A stretch of 64,000 nt of DNA, from NCBI GenBank assembly GCA_026914245.1, contig CP110439.1, positions 7,068,001 to 7,132,000 on the forward strand, read 5' to 3'. A model generated the notes under the pieces. The model saw only the letters and a list, made by a program, of their open reading frames with translations. It did not search any database and was not told the origin of the DNA. Below are positions 10,952 through 23,645 of the stretch, in pieces. Numbering within the stretch: position 1 is the stretch's first letter; each line of letters opens with the position of its first letter. The position numbers were made by a program, and so were the translations under genes. Source of the DNA: Puccinia triticina (lineage: Eukaryota).

Positions 10952-13945
10952 ATGAAGAACCACCACCTTATTTATTTTTTCAGGGCATTTCTGTCCTGCA
11001 ATGCAATGCATGAATCGCTTGCTGATTCAAATTCTAAAATTAATTCATGCAGCCAAGTGATGCAGCACCAACTTCTGCATCCCTCAAGTAGAAGCACTAA
11101 CCTTTCATTACATCTCTCAATTCCCCCTGCAACAAGCAATAATGAATGGTCAAACTGTATAGCTCACACCCCACCAGCTCTGAAGAATTTGAGAAATGGA
11201 AATACCATTTCCTCACTAGAAGAGCTAAAAAACACCGGCCAAGAGTTACAACTCACTTCAAGTTCAAGTGGTCAATTCCACGCTCAAAAATGCAGCTCTG
11301 TCCCAACAGATCCTGATCCTTGTTCTAAATGGGTTTCTTCTACAACTTTGACCTATCCACCTGGTTGGGGTACTTTGAATTCAAGTCACAATACTAGTGG
11401 AAACTATTGCAGTGAATCATCCAGTATTGATGATATTTCTGGAGATTATCTTCCATTTCAGAATTTGGCTGGGAGAACATCAATAGGATTACCCTTTTCT
11501 GAGTGTTCAAAATTGAAATTCAACCCCCAAAAATCAATGAAGACAACAGATTTCTTCGGAAAATCTTTTGGATCCCCCCAAACAGAATCAAAATGCATAA
11601 ATGACCTTGAAAGTAACAGTGCATATTCCTACTCCCAGGAGAAATCTGAATTAAAGAGGCCTTTAATGGAGATATCCAATCCAGATTCAGAAGCAGGTAA
11701 TGAATACAAGAGGGCAAAATTGGGTAGCAATTTTCCAAAATCCAGTCTGAAAACTGAAATCAACCACCAGCCTGAAGGAATTGGTCTATCAAACAAAGAT
11801 ACAGAAGACAGATCTCAAAAACTTGAGTCCTCCATCCATCACAATCAAGAATCCATGAAAGGAGTGGTTTTGCCTCAAAAAGGCATGATTCCTGGAATTG
11901 GGGTTGAAGAAAGACTATCCAATAGTGGCAATGAAGGTCCCAAATCCCATCAAAATCTTTTGGCAGGTAAACATAAAAAATTTGTAAAATCATGTCCTAT
12001 GGATGCAGATCTCCCAATAAGAAGCTTAGATTTTGATCTAAATGCAATCAAGGTTGAACATGCATCAAAATATGTCAGAAAGAGATTGGAAAATCTTTTT
12101 CAATCACTCATACCACATGAAGGAAAAATTATTAATGTGAAAATTCAAGAAGCCCAACATATTTTTATTGAAATGAATTCAATTTACAATATGGGAAAGG
12201 CTAATTCCAAGAGTTCTTCAAAATCTCTTATCAAAAAAATGCTTCGTAGATTAAAATCTAATCAATACCAATGGTTCAAATTTTGGGAAAGAAGAACTGA
12301 AATCAAACTTGAAGATGAAATGGAACACATCCATGGAAATGAAAAGAGTTTACTTCTGTACTGTTTATTCTTTGTTGATATGATAGATACTATCATTCCA
12401 CAATCTGTTGAGAAAGCTTGCCCATTGAATGAAAATGGGAAAGTATTAATGAAAGCAAATTTGTTCAAAGAAGCAATAAGGACATTTAAAGATTTCAAGA
12501 TTAATTCATCAAGTTACAAATCTGAGAGAGTACAAGAACGTGTGTATTTTCAGGATAGAGCTTCCAACTTAATGTGGAATTACCTATATTACTGGATTAA
12601 AAAATCAGAAGAGAGAAAAGATTTGTATAATATTGCTTTCCATTCAACAGGAAAACAAAGTTATAACTTTACAAAATTCTTCAACACAGTTTTTAAATTT
12701 TCTGCAAATGAATTGAACAAGAGATTGATATCTTGGGAATCCCCACAGACACAACCCACATCCATCCAGTACCTTTGCCACAGTGCACATTATTCCTCTC
12801 ATTGGAATTTTGAATCAAAGAGGACTTTAATGAAAAACTCCAATGGACCTGCAGAATCAGTTAATGAATACAAGAGAGAAACATTGGGCAAGAACTTACC
12901 AAAATACAGTCTGAAAAATCAAACTGACCACAAGCCTGACATGATTGGTCTATCAAATAAAGATCCAGAAGACATATCTTTAGAATTTGAGCCCTCAATC
13001 CATCACAACCCAGAATTAAAAGGAACTTTTTTGTCACAGAAAGGCATGATTCAATTTCCTAGAGTTGGGTTTCAAAAACATTTAGCCAGTATCAAAGATG
13101 AAGCTTCCCAATCCCATGAAATTGGTTTGGCAGGTCAACATAGAGAATTTGTAAATCCACACCTTTTGGAGGCAGAGCTCAAAATACAAAGCTTGGATTT
13201 TGATCTAACTGCAATTAAGGTCCAACACTCATCTCCAGATGTTAAAGAGGCATTTAAAAATCAATTTAAATCACTCATCCCATGCGGAGGCAAAAACATC
13301 AATGTGAAAATTCAAGAAGCCCAACATATTTTTATTGAAATGAATTCAATTTACAATATGGGAAAGGCCAATTCCAAGAGTTCTTCCAAATCTCTTATCA
13401 AAAAAATGCTTCGTAAACTAAAATCTAATCAATACCAATGGTTCAAATTTTGGGAAAGAAGAAGTGAAATCAGATTTGAAAATGAAATTGAATTTAAAAA
13501 TGAAAATGAAAAGAGTTTACTCCAGTACTGTTTATTCTTTGTTGAAATGATAGATACTATTATTCCACCATCTGTTGATCAGCAAAGTCACCCATTTAAT
13601 TCAAATGAGAAATTATTGATGAAAGAAATGTTGTTCAAAGAAGCAATAAGCACATTCAAAGATTTCAAAATTAATTCATCAAATTATCAATCTGATAAAT
13701 TGGAAAATACAAGAGTTTTCCAAGATAGAGCTTCCAACTTGATTTGGCATTACCTCTTTTACTGGATTAAACAATCAAAAGAAAGAAAAGATTTGTATTG
13801 TATTGCTTTTCACTCGGAAACCCGGAAAGAAAATCATAGCTTCAGAATCTTCTTTAACACCGTTTTCAAATTTTCTGCAGAAGAATTGAACAAGAGATTG
13901 ACAAAAAGTCCATCATTTTCTCACGTAGTATCCAAAGAAGTCTAG
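10952..13945 (+). CDS. 997-aa intronless, putatively secreted lineage-specific protein with a tandemly duplicated ~390-aa module
   Basis: Long clean ORF with a hydrophobic N-terminus (MKNHHLIYFFRAFLSCNA). Repeats at about 11564-12730 and 12731-13900. Paralogue at 49417-51243. Confidence 0.85.
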   Translation: MKNHHLIYFFRAFLSCNAMHESLADSNSKINSCSQVMQHQLLHPSSRSTNLSLHLSIPPATSNNEWSNCIAHTPPALKNLRNGNTISSLEELKNTGQELQLTSSSSGQFHAQKCSSVPTDPDPCSKWVSSTTLTYPPGWGTLNSSHNTSGNYCSESSSIDDISGDYLPFQNLAGRTSIGLPFSECSKLKFNPQKSMKTTDFFGKSFGSPQTESKCINDLESNSAYSYSQEKSELKRPLMEISNPDSEAGNEYKRAKLGSNFPKSSLKTEINHQPEGIGLSNKDTEDRSQKLESSIHHNQESMKGVVLPQKGMIPGIGVEERLSNSGNEGPKSHQNLLAGKHKKFVKSCPMDADLPIRSLDFDLNAIKVEHASKYVRKRLENLFQSLIPHEGKIINVKIQEAQHIFIEMNSIYNMGKANSKSSSKSLIKKMLRRLKSNQYQWFKFWERRTEIKLEDEMEHIHGNEKSLLLYCLFFVDMIDTIIPQSVEKACPLNENGKVLMKANLFKEAIRTFKDFKINSSSYKSERVQERVYFQDRASNLMWNYLYYWIKKSEERKDLYNIAFHSTGKQSYNFTKFFNTVFKFSANELNKRLISWESPQTQPTSIQYLCHSAHYSSHWNFESKRTLMKNSNGPAESVNEYKRETLGKNLPKYSLKNQTDHKPDMIGLSNKDPEDISLEFEPSIHHNPELKGTFLSQKGMIQFPRVGFQKHLASIKDEASQSHEIGLAGQHREFVNPHLLEAELKIQSLDFDLTAIKVQHSSPDVKEAFKNQFKSLIPCGGKNINVKIQEAQHIFIEMNSIYNMGKANSKSSSKSLIKKMLRKLKSNQYQWFKFWERRSEIRFENEIEFKNENEKSLLQYCLFFVEMIDTIIPPSVDQQSHPFNSNEKLLMKEMLFKEAISTFKDFKINSSNYQSDKLENTRVFQDRASNLIWHYLFYWIKQSKERKDLYCIAFHSETRKENHSFRIFFNTVFKFSAEELNKRLTKSPSFSHVVSKEV

Positions 13946-14442
13946 ATTCTTTATTTTTTTCAACTCATCCAAATTTTAGCCAATCCTTATCATTAGTGCC
14001 ACTGCTGTATTCCACATAATTCATATATTGATGTTACATATTATTCATATAAATCTCATTATACTTCACCAGGGGGGAAAGTGTGGCACTCCCTGGAGAG
14101 TGCCAAACCATATGTTCCTTTGGGAAGACTGTCTGATGTCAAATGTGTGAGCATGTGGATTCAGGATTCAAATATGTTGACCTTGTGTTCAACTCAGGCT
14201 GATATTTGATCCACTCCATGGCAAACATGTTGGTAATTGAGTTGAGGGTACCCCCACTTGATGCCTGGTACACCCTGGTATTCTACACTTAGTGGTGTGT
14301 TTCACAAATCAAGTTGAGACCCCCTCCACTCAATGAATGGGGTTTAAAGTCATTGAGTGAAGATTCCCTCCAATTGATGAATGTTGGACAACCATTGATT
14401 GGAGGTTGTGTACACTCAATGTAGAGCAAGTAAAAGGAATAG

Positions 14443-14514
14443 TGCGGACAGGGGGAATCGAACCCGCATCTCCCCAATGCATGCTGGGTTGCTCTACCGT
14501 TGAGCTATATCCAC
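14443..14514 (-). ncRNA. tRNA-derived sequence (Ala-TGC-like) inside the TRIM 3' LTR
   Basis: GTGGATATAGCTCAACGGTAGAGCAACCCAGCATGCATTGGGGAGATGCGGGTTCGATTCCCCCTGTCCGCA: 7-bp acceptor stem, D arm GCTC/GAGC, A box and B box (GGTTCGATTCC). The anticodon loop is irregular. Confidence 0.8.
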
Positions 14515-14667
14515 AGGTGTGAGGTGTACCAACATATACTACCTCTACACACCCCCTGTACACCTACACCGGTGACAGAGCCCACTAATCCTCCCAGAGG
14601 CTCATCCCAGGTACGCAGCTGCCTATAGCGCTGGGCTCATAACCTGTAGAGCGAGTAAAAGGAATAG

Positions 14668-14739
14668 TGCGGACAGGGGGAATCGAACCCGCATCTCCCC
14701 AATGCATGCTGGGTTGCTCTACCGTTGAGCTATATCCAC
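14668..14739 (-). ncRNA. tRNA-derived sequence inside the TRIM 5' LTR
   Basis: Identical copy of the 14443-14514 cloverleaf. Confidence 0.8.
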
Positions 14740-17700
14740 AGGTGTGAGGTGTACCAACATATACTACCTCTACACTCAATGACCATATCTAAATTACCAG
14801 CCACCAAGTGGAGACATCCTCCACTCAATGACTGGTTTTTAATGTCATTGAGTGGAGGAATTCTCCACTCAATGATTGATGTGTGTACTGGCTGTTGAGT
14901 GGAGGGGTTCCTTACTTGGTGACTGGTTCTACCAGCCATTGATTGGAGACACCCTCCACTTGATCACAGGTCACTATCTGGCTGGGAAAATCCCAGATCA
15001 GTGACCAGTACTGCATGTTAGTCATTGAGCCGGGCCACTCCCAGCTTGAAGGACCGTATGTACTGTACATAGCTCAAGGAAAGTCCCGGCTTGATGGAAA
15101 GTATGTACTGTTCATCCTGCTGCACTTTTCCAAGCTGAGTGGCCAGTGCAAACTGCCTACCACGCTCAGAAAGGCTGACTAGAGGACCAGCATGTGCTGG
15201 TCATCGGGCTAGGGCTTCTTGGCGTCACTGGATGAGAAGTATGTACTGGTCATCAGATTTGAGCTCAGAGAGGCTGCGGATCAATTACCAGGGTATTATG
15301 CCTGTCAAGTGCGGCCTCTCCAAACTCGATGGCCAGTTTGTGTTGGCCATCCAGTCGGAGAAGCCCTAGTCCGATGACCAGCACCTATTGGCCATTGATC
15401 TGGGCCTTTCTGAGCTTGATGGGCGGTCTATACTGTCCACCAAGCTCGGAAAATCCAAGCTGAATGAGCAGTATTTAGTGTACTGTTCCTTGAGTTGGGG
15501 CTTTCCAAGCTCAATGACCAGCAAACAAGGGTCATCGAGCCCGTGTAAACAAGCAACTCGCCAATGTCCACCCTGATGTTCGGCCGAGCATGATGGTGGA
15601 CATAGCGAAAAAACACCCTCCCCGGGGACCCCGGGGGATACAGAGCTGATCCCTTTTTCCCCGCTGCCACCGTAGTTGACTTGTGCCCAGCTTGGAACTC
15701 CCGGAACACATGTTTTTTTGGTGATTTGCAACACATATGAACACCATTTTTGCCACTCCAAAATGATGATAATTTTGATTGTTCTGGATACAGCAGGTCA
15801 AAAGAGCACCATTCTTATCTTACACCTGGTGCTAATAATTACCATATGATAAAATCAATCAACCCTATTTTGTTGCACAATGCACAGGGACATGATGGTA
15901 GGTGTGATGAAGGCATGCTACCTGGAGGAAACAATTGCCCAAAACAGTCAGGGAAAGGGTGTGAAGAGGATAAATCTACAGGACAAATGGTATGACCCAT
16001 GCTGAGATGTGTGTGGACATTTCAGAATTGACTTTTCACCTCAGAGTTCTCAGACCAGCTATTTAAATCTTTCTCCTACTGGTTCCAGGATCATCAAAAT
16101 ATTGATGCACCTGTTGATATCCACCAATCTGCCCCCTTCCCCCTGTGAAGCTTAATAATTTTAACCTCTAGCCGCTGCATTTTTCAGTCAGATGGAGGAA
16201 AAGTGAGGGAAAATTGTGCAATGTGTATTCACATACAAAAGGTGCATGGTCCCAAATGAACATCTGACAGCATGACAAACTTTAGCCTGCAGAAGTGGAC
16301 CATCACTTGGTAAACATGGTTGGTGAAAAGGCCTCTTTGATTGTTCACATTTCATATTAGAGGGAGGGAATACAGGTTACAGAGGTTTTCCCAGCTTTGA
16401 CACTGTGTGATACTCAAAAAAGAGAAATTTAATTTTACATAACTTTCCTACCAATTGATGAAGGGAACAGGCATGGCAGAAATATCCCACAAGGATTGAT
16501 TTACCAGTTAACTGAGCCTTTTTGGTTGCTATATTTTACAGCTATCTTTCATTATGTGATTTTATGTGGGTTTTGATTGAAAAAAAAAATCAGCCCTGAA
16601 AAAATATTCCTTTTCACTTGGTCAAGGATATCTTTGAGCATTAGGATAGTTACATTCTTGGCAAAAAATGTTGTGAATTGAAGCTCACATCCAGGATTTT
16701 GTTTGATATGAACCAAACAGAAAATTTCAACTAAGATATTTCCATGTGTTGGAATTGAGTTGCAGATCATCCCGCAAACACTTCACCTACAGTCACACAT
16801 CTGTTGGGAAGAAAGTCAAACAAAGAGTTGAAACTCACATCTAACTCACATCAGACAATTTTACTGACAGAATTACGGCCTGGCACTCTCCAGAGAGTGC
16901 CACACTTTCCCCCCTGGTGCTTTCTCTTACAATGCTCAATACTATCCCCTCTTCAGTATATATGGTTGTGGGTACCCATTGGTGGGTGCCGGTGTGGTAA
17001 CCCTTTTCCCCCTCACATCATCATTCTCATATCATACAAATCCTTTACATATCCATCATTATTATTCCAGATTCTGATTTTACAACATATTTCACCCCTA
17101 GTCACTCACTCATACCACCCTGAAATTCCCATTGGACCAGAATTTATTAGCATTCATAGTTTCATTGGTATTTTCTTACTTCTTACATTTCATCTACATT
17201 AAAAATTCTAGTCATCACCACCATAGCTTAGGGAATGCCCCAGTGGACCCAGGTATCCCCCTGTTTTTTGGCCCAAACCCAACACCCGGCACCGCACCTG
17301 GCACCGCCTGGCGGGTACCGCGGGTACTTTTGGAGGGTACCCGCGGGTACCCCCCAACTTTTAGCGCACAAAACAAGCTTGTAAATTTCTTAAAGATGAA
17401 AAAATGTACAAGAGGTGGCAGTCAATCATTGTCCACAACTACCACCTTTCTTTTTCCTTTCTGCTGCATCTTCTTGTTCAAATTTATCGCCCCTTTCCAT
17501 TTGGCTAAAGCTCCTTGTTCAATTTTGTTGTTCTTCGAGTAGAAGGCAACAGTCATCCCGCGACTTACTGACTTTGGCATAAGTCGGTGCCTCCACAATG
17601 TAACATAGTTGGCCCCAAAGCTAAATGATCTCTTGACGTCAACGGATGTTCCTGTGAGGTTTAGACCAGTTAGTTATGGCAAGCACTATGAGTGATACAG

Positions 17701-18019
17701 ATGAAAACTTACCAGGGCAGCTTAAAACATCCAATGCCATGTGTACAAGGCCCCCGTGTGTGTTGCCGGTATGTTTTTGCTGGATCCACCACTTCAGTGA
17801 TTTCACAGGGTTGTTACCCTCCAGGATAAGTCCTCCGGAGAGCCACATGTCGAATGTGTCTGATGACCTATTGCCTCCTTGGGCAGCTGCAGCTAGACTG
17901 AGGCCAGAAAGCATGCCAGTCTTGGACTGTGAGATAATATAAGCTTACATCAACATTAATGAAATAGATAGTTTGATAATAAATAAAATTCAACTTACTG
18001 TGGACAAGGTATCAGGTGT

Positions 18020-18900
18020 TGTGAGCCTAAGCCTCTATAGTGGCTACAGGACACAAGAAAAATGGGGAGCACTGGTTGTATTTCTTGGGATAGAGAACTA
18101 CAAACAGTGAGTAAGAGAGAAAGAGAAAGAAAGAGAAATGTATGATCTGGAGGAGGTCTATCTACTCCTTATAGGAGGATCCTCAAAAGTCAACTTGAAC
18201 CACCTGGAAAAGTGGTAAGGACAGCTGTGCCAGACCAACAGGGGGTACAGCCTCCGCGCGCACCAAGGAGACAGTGGGGGGACACAGAATAGTAATACTA
18301 ATTTGCTCTGATTTTTAGACTGAGTCTAGGATTAACAGAGTAACCTTTGATCTTGAGCAGGATTGATGTGAAAGCAATAAAGAGAAGCAATCAAGAGACA
18401 CAGAGAAATCACTCTGGATAATCAAGGTTCAAATGAAGAGTATACTTACTGTCAATAACCTAGGCGCCTGTGACGGTAGGTGTACTGGGAGCGTGGTATC
18501 CTCTTGTGGGGTGATCCTGGGTTATCTACGGCGTGGTTCTGGGTGGTCTGAAGTCTGTAGATCCTCCTCAGGCAAGGGGGATCCTTAATTCGAAAATTTT
18601 CACAGTTTGCTTATGTAATTACATATGTACATGTGGTTTGGTGCGCTTGGTAGCGCTGACACGTCACAACTGCGCATGCGCGCCACAACTCAAGAACTCA
18701 GGGAAGGAGTATAGTTACAAAGAATTGGTAAGTTGTAACTAGGGTTAAAATTGCATGAGGAAACAGAATATGAAGTCAAAACAATGATATCTCTTAAGAT
18801 GAAAAAGATATGAAGTAATTTCATATGTAATATAATTTCATATGTAATAAGTAGAAAAGAGGCAGACTTTAGGTCAGCCGTATTGACTCCAAGGCTGACA
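18020..18900 (-). repeat. 3' LTR (881 bp, with a 17-bp tandem duplication absent from the 5' LTR)
   Basis: Direct repeat of 27302-28165, with roughly 8 substitutions counted by eye. Confidence 0.95.
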
Positions 18901-18937
18901 TTCCCTACCACCAAAAAGGTTGGATTTCTGTAGGAAA

Positions 18938-21900
18938 TTAAACTATAGGAGCAGACCTCTTCTCACTTCTGAACTTCCTTAGAAGGATAGCAGAGTCTGG
19001 AATGTCCTTCTCAAGGAGCCATTCATCATGATCAGCACTCAAGCCTTTGTATCTAGCTAAGTACATCATGACATCTCTGTTCTCCACTCTCAATCTTTTG
19101 TCTCTGAGAATCTTCTGTATGACTTTATTTTGAGGGGTCTTATCCATAGGGGGAATGACAACTTTAACCTTCTGTCTCAAGGGGAACTTATCTGGATTGG
19201 GGTCTCTGTATGGTTTCACCAAGCTGACAGGGAATGTAGGATGTTTCCTGCTAAACTCTTCAGTCAGAATCACTTCTACAGCATTCTTTCCATGTAAAGC
19301 TTTCACAAGGAATGGTCCAGCAAAGGAGTCTCTCATCTTCTTAGGGCCAGACAAGTTGTTGAAGTTTGCTGTGGATATCAGGACTTTATCACCAACTTTA
19401 AAGGATGGTTCTTCATGAGTCTTGTCCCATCTCTCTTTGTTGTAAGAGGTAGCTTCTGTTATGCATTGCTCAGCGTGTTTTCTTGCTTTCTCAAAGATTT
19501 TTCCATAAGCAAGAGCAGTAGGATGAATGTCTACAGAATCTTGTTTACAGAATCTTGTTTCAAGAAGTTTCTAGGAAGGTTTGGGATCAAGCCTTTTTCT
19601 AGAATAGCAGGAGGTTTTCCAGTGGTTGAGTGTATACTAGTGCAGTAGGCTAGCTCAAGGATTGGTAGGAGTGAAACCCAGTTATGAGTGTAACCATCAT
19701 TGTCTTTGAATTCTAGACCATATGCACAAAACCTCCTGATCATATCTTCAAGTGTTTGAATCATTCTCTCAGCTAATCCATCAGTCTGGGGGTGGTAAGC
19801 AGTGGAGAAGGAGAATTTTGTTCCTAGCATACTATGTAAACCAGTCCAGAATTCAGATGTGAACTTGGGATCTCTGTCAGAGATGATGATTCTGGGGATG
19901 CCATTTCTGGGCATTACTCTGTTCCAAAACAGTATGGCAGTGTCAATTGCAGAGTCATCCTTGAAGCAGGGAACAAATATTGGGGTTTTGGAGTATCTGT
20001 CTACTATTACTAGACAAGCATTGAAACTAGCAGCTCATCCAGGAGATAAGGAAGTTACCCAATCCATGTTGATCACATCCCATGGTTTGGAAGGTTCTTC
20101 TATCTTCATGAGTAGTCCAAATCTCTTCCCTGTAGCTTTGTTGGCTTTCTGGCATCTGTCACAAGAAGCGCAATATTCACTAGTATCTTGTCTCCAATTA
20201 GCCCACCAGGAAGTATCAGCTACTTTCTCTGAGGTCCTGTCTTCAGAAAGATGGCCAGAGTAGACACTATCATGGCACTCATGCAAGATGGTATTAATGC
20301 TGGCTTTGTCAGCTAGAAACAGGACAGAATTGTGTTTTTCTCTGAAGTAGATGAGGCCATCAAATAGAGAGAACCTTCCTTCATAATATAACTTTCTCCA
20401 AGGTTCCTGCAGAGAGTGTTTCAGTTGGGCATCTTTGGCATCTTTCAGCAGAAGTTCAGACAAAATAACAGTGTTCTTATCTTGTTGGTAGCCTTCTCTC
20501 ACTGAGTCAAAGAACTCATTCTTGAAAGTAGAGACATGTATGCCCATGATGGGGAATCTATCATCATCTTTGTCCTCAGGGTCATAAGCAGGATTGCTTG
20601 GATCATTTGGTAAAGCCCATCTGCTAAGTCCATCAGCATTCTTGTGAATATTGCCATCTCTGTGGATTATTGTCATATTACCTCTGTATTCCTGAATAGC
20701 AATCTGCCACCTGAGCATGTGTCTATTGGGAGTCTTCATGTTCAGTAGTGATCTCAAAGCTGTGCAATCTGTTACAACATGAAATACACTGCCATCCAAG
20801 TAATAGTGGAGTTTTTCCAGAGCCCAAACCAGACATAAGCATTCAAGTTGACTAGCACCATATCTTGTTTCACTGTCCTTCAGCTGTCTGGATATGAAAA
20901 AAATGGGCCCTTCTTTTCTTACTCCATCAATGACTTGGACTTGATGTAAAGCAGAACCTAGACCAGTCATGCTAGCATCTACATGTAGTGTGAAAGGATG
21001 GGCCCAATCTGGGAACAGTAGCAATGGAGCTGTGGTCAGTTTCTCTTTTAACAAGTTGTATGCCACTATCCTATGGTGGGTCATCTCATATACAACATCA
21101 ATCCTGGTGAGCTCAGTAAGAGGCTTTGCTATCTCAGCAAACTTCCCAATGTGCTGTCTGTAGTAACCAGCAAAACCAAGAAAAGATTGCATTTCTTTCC
21201 TACTACTAGGCACAGGCTTCTGGAGGACAGCAGCTACCTTGTTCTGATCTATTCCTATAGCAATTCCAGAAACAAGATGGCCTAGAGCTTTGATCTGGTA
21301 AAATCCAAAGTTACACTTCTTCAGGGAGATTTTCATGTTCATATTTATGACAACTTTCAGTATCCTGTCTATTCTAGTGAGGTGTTCTTCCCAAGTGTTG
21401 GACATAATGATGATATCATCAATGTAGATAATGACCCACTTCTCATCAATTTCTTTCCTGAACTCAATTTCCATCATCCTCTGGAAATGAGAAGGGGCAT
21501 TCTTGATCCCAAAGGGCATCCTCAGATACTCATAGATTCCTTTGTGCATAATGATCCTGAGTAGGTTTCTGGAATCTTCTGCAATGACATTCTGATGAAA
21601 ACCTTTGAGTACATCCATGCTAGTAAGAAATTTAGCTTTGGCCAGATTGTTCAGAGTCTCACTGATTTTGGGAATAGGATATCTGTCTGAAGCAGTGTAG
21701 GAGTTTAGTGCTCTGAAATCTCCTACCATTCTGGATTTCCCATTATGCCAGGCAATGATGACAGGAGTGGTGATCTCAACTACTTCATTATGGCCAACTT
21801 TCCTTAGGTCATTCAGTTTTACCAGTTCTTCAATATGCTGCTCAAGAGCTTTTCTGCTTTTGGGGCTGGCAGGATAAGGGGGTCTCCTGAGAAGAGGAGG

Positions 21901-23637
21901 ATAAGGCCTTTCAGTTGTCAACTTGAGATGAACTTCATGACCCTTGATGGCACCAAGGGGCTGTTTGGTGTTAGAGAAAGCAAGTTTGTTATTATAGAGG
22001 ACTTCAAATAGCTTCTCTTTCTGCTCAATGGTTAACTTATCACTGAATTTGGCTTCACAGAGTTCTTCTACAATAAATTTCTGCAGTTGAGGATGGGACT
22101 TTTTTACAGCAGAAATTTCATTGGAAGGACTCATTTTCTCCAGATGATGAGATTTGAAACTGAATTTCTTCCTCTTGTTCTCATTTCCAATGGTAAAGAA
22201 TCTCTCTTTGCTGTTTGTGATATCAAACCCATAAAGAGACATGTAATCATTTCCAAGGATAAGGTAGTTTATTCTTGAATTTTTCATAACTACAAATTCT
22301 GCTAGAATTCTAATGGAACCTTTAGTGTGGGGAAAAATCAAAGTCATTTCTATTATGCCCATTGGCTGTAATTGATCACTACAGCTGTGGAACCTAGCAT
22401 GATTGATTGGCATGAGTTTGTTTTCCCATTCTGGTATTATAGAATTTAATAATTTGTTGGTGATGATTGAACAAGAAGCTCCACTATCAAGAAGGCATGA
22501 GTGCTCTCTGGAATCAATAAGGACAGTAGTGAGATTTGCTTTTCCAGTGAGATGGGCTTTTCCTCTATCAGGCTTACATTTCATCAGTCTAGCATCCTCT
22601 ATGTGGGAAGACTGGCAGGATTTGTCCCAGGTCTGAGGTTGATGAGTTTCAGCTTGAATTTCAGCAATGGAAAAGTCTTGGTTTATCTCACACTCTACAG
22701 CATGTGTTCCAAAATCAAAGTCAACTAAGGGATCATAATTGGCACCATTTCCATTGTCCATGGCAAGGATCATGTGGTTGGCTCTATGATTCTCTTCCTC
22801 TTCATCTAGTTCTGATTCAGATTTTTGTGGCTCACCTTGATCTTCTCCATTTTCACTCTTGGGATCATCATCATCATCCATTCCTACATTATTGATTCTG
22901 CTCTTCTTCTTAGGGAATTCCCTGGAGAAGTGGCCAGTTTGTTTGCAGAAATGACATATAAGTTTGTCCTTTTCAGGAGCAGAGACAGGATTCCTTTTTG
23001 AAGAGGATTCAGTTGGTTTATCAGTTTTCTCAGGGGCAGAATTATTTCTCCATTGGGATCTGTTTGGAGCATTATAAGTGTTTGTCACAGGCTTTTTCTT
23101 TTTCATAACTCTGTCTATGACTTCTTCAGCAATTATAACCATGTCCTCAAAGCTCATTTCAGTAGCATCTCTCTTGTATCTGCTTTTAACAACATGCTCA
23201 AGATTTGGAGGGCATTGCTTCAGGATCTTCTCACAAATAAGATACTCACTGAGTTCAGGTTGGTAAGCTTTCAGTCTTTCTCTTTGAGTACCAAACCATT
23301 TATGGATTTTCCTTCCATCATAGGCAAATTGATCACCTTCAAACTCTTGTTGCATTTTCCATTTCCAGTTCTCAGTACCAAATTTTTTTCTGATGGCATT
23401 CTTTCACCAGGCCCAAGACTTGTTCCCACACTTATCTTTGATTCCAAGATACCAATTTCTTGCAGTGTCAGTCAGCAGTATTTTCAATCTACTGATTATC
23501 ATGCTATCAAGCATCAAGCAATCTCTAACAAGGATGTCTGTGTTCTTAATCCAAAGCTCATGATTATAGGGTAATTCTCCTGAGAACTTATCCCAGTCAC
23601 TATTCCTTGGTATACTCTTCCACAGCTCTCTCCTCAT
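18938..23637 (-). pseudogene. Gypsy gag C-terminus plus pol (protease, RT, RNase H, integrase, chromodomain), broken by stops and frameshifts
   Basis: Zinc knuckle [13 protein letters not shown](F), protease LLDSGAS, RT YIDD, RNase H VDAS/VTD, integrase HH-CC plus ISDRD/AERMIQ, GPF motif, and chromodomain YLARYKG...DEWL. Stop at about 20035. Confidence 0.93.
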
Positions 23638-23645
23638 GTCATAAT

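Larger units (their letters stand above)
14420..14774 (-). mobile_element. TRIM (355 bp) with tRNA-containing LTRs, Helenus-like
   Basis: 130-bp LTRs at 14420-14549 and 14645-14774 (TGTAGAG...CTCTACA, one mismatch). 5-bp TSD CTCAA. Minus-strand PBS GGTTATGAGCCCAGCGC directly after the 5' LTR and PPT AGGGGGTG before the 3' LTR. Confidence 0.92.
14067..16919. mobile_element. CACTA/EnSpm-like non-autonomous element, 2853 bp
   Basis: 39-bp TIR CACCAGGGGGGAAAGTGTGGCACTC(C/T)CTGGAGAGTGCCA with one mismatch. 3-bp TSD CTT at 14064-14066 and 16920-16922. A second copy starts at 62845. Confidence 0.88.

Noticed and set aside
14443..14739. Two tandem host tRNA genes
   Set aside because: Both lie inside TG..CA LTRs with PBS, PPT and TSD. 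The anticodon loop is irregular and the T stem has a mismatch.
14289..14939. Duplicated short ORFs (...HTCGYSSTVEQPSMHWGDAGSIPPVR...)
   Set aside because: These are translations of the tRNA-like LTRs.
18533..18742. 69-aa ORF repeated at 27815-28024
   Set aside because: It lies in the two LTRs and has no coding evidence.
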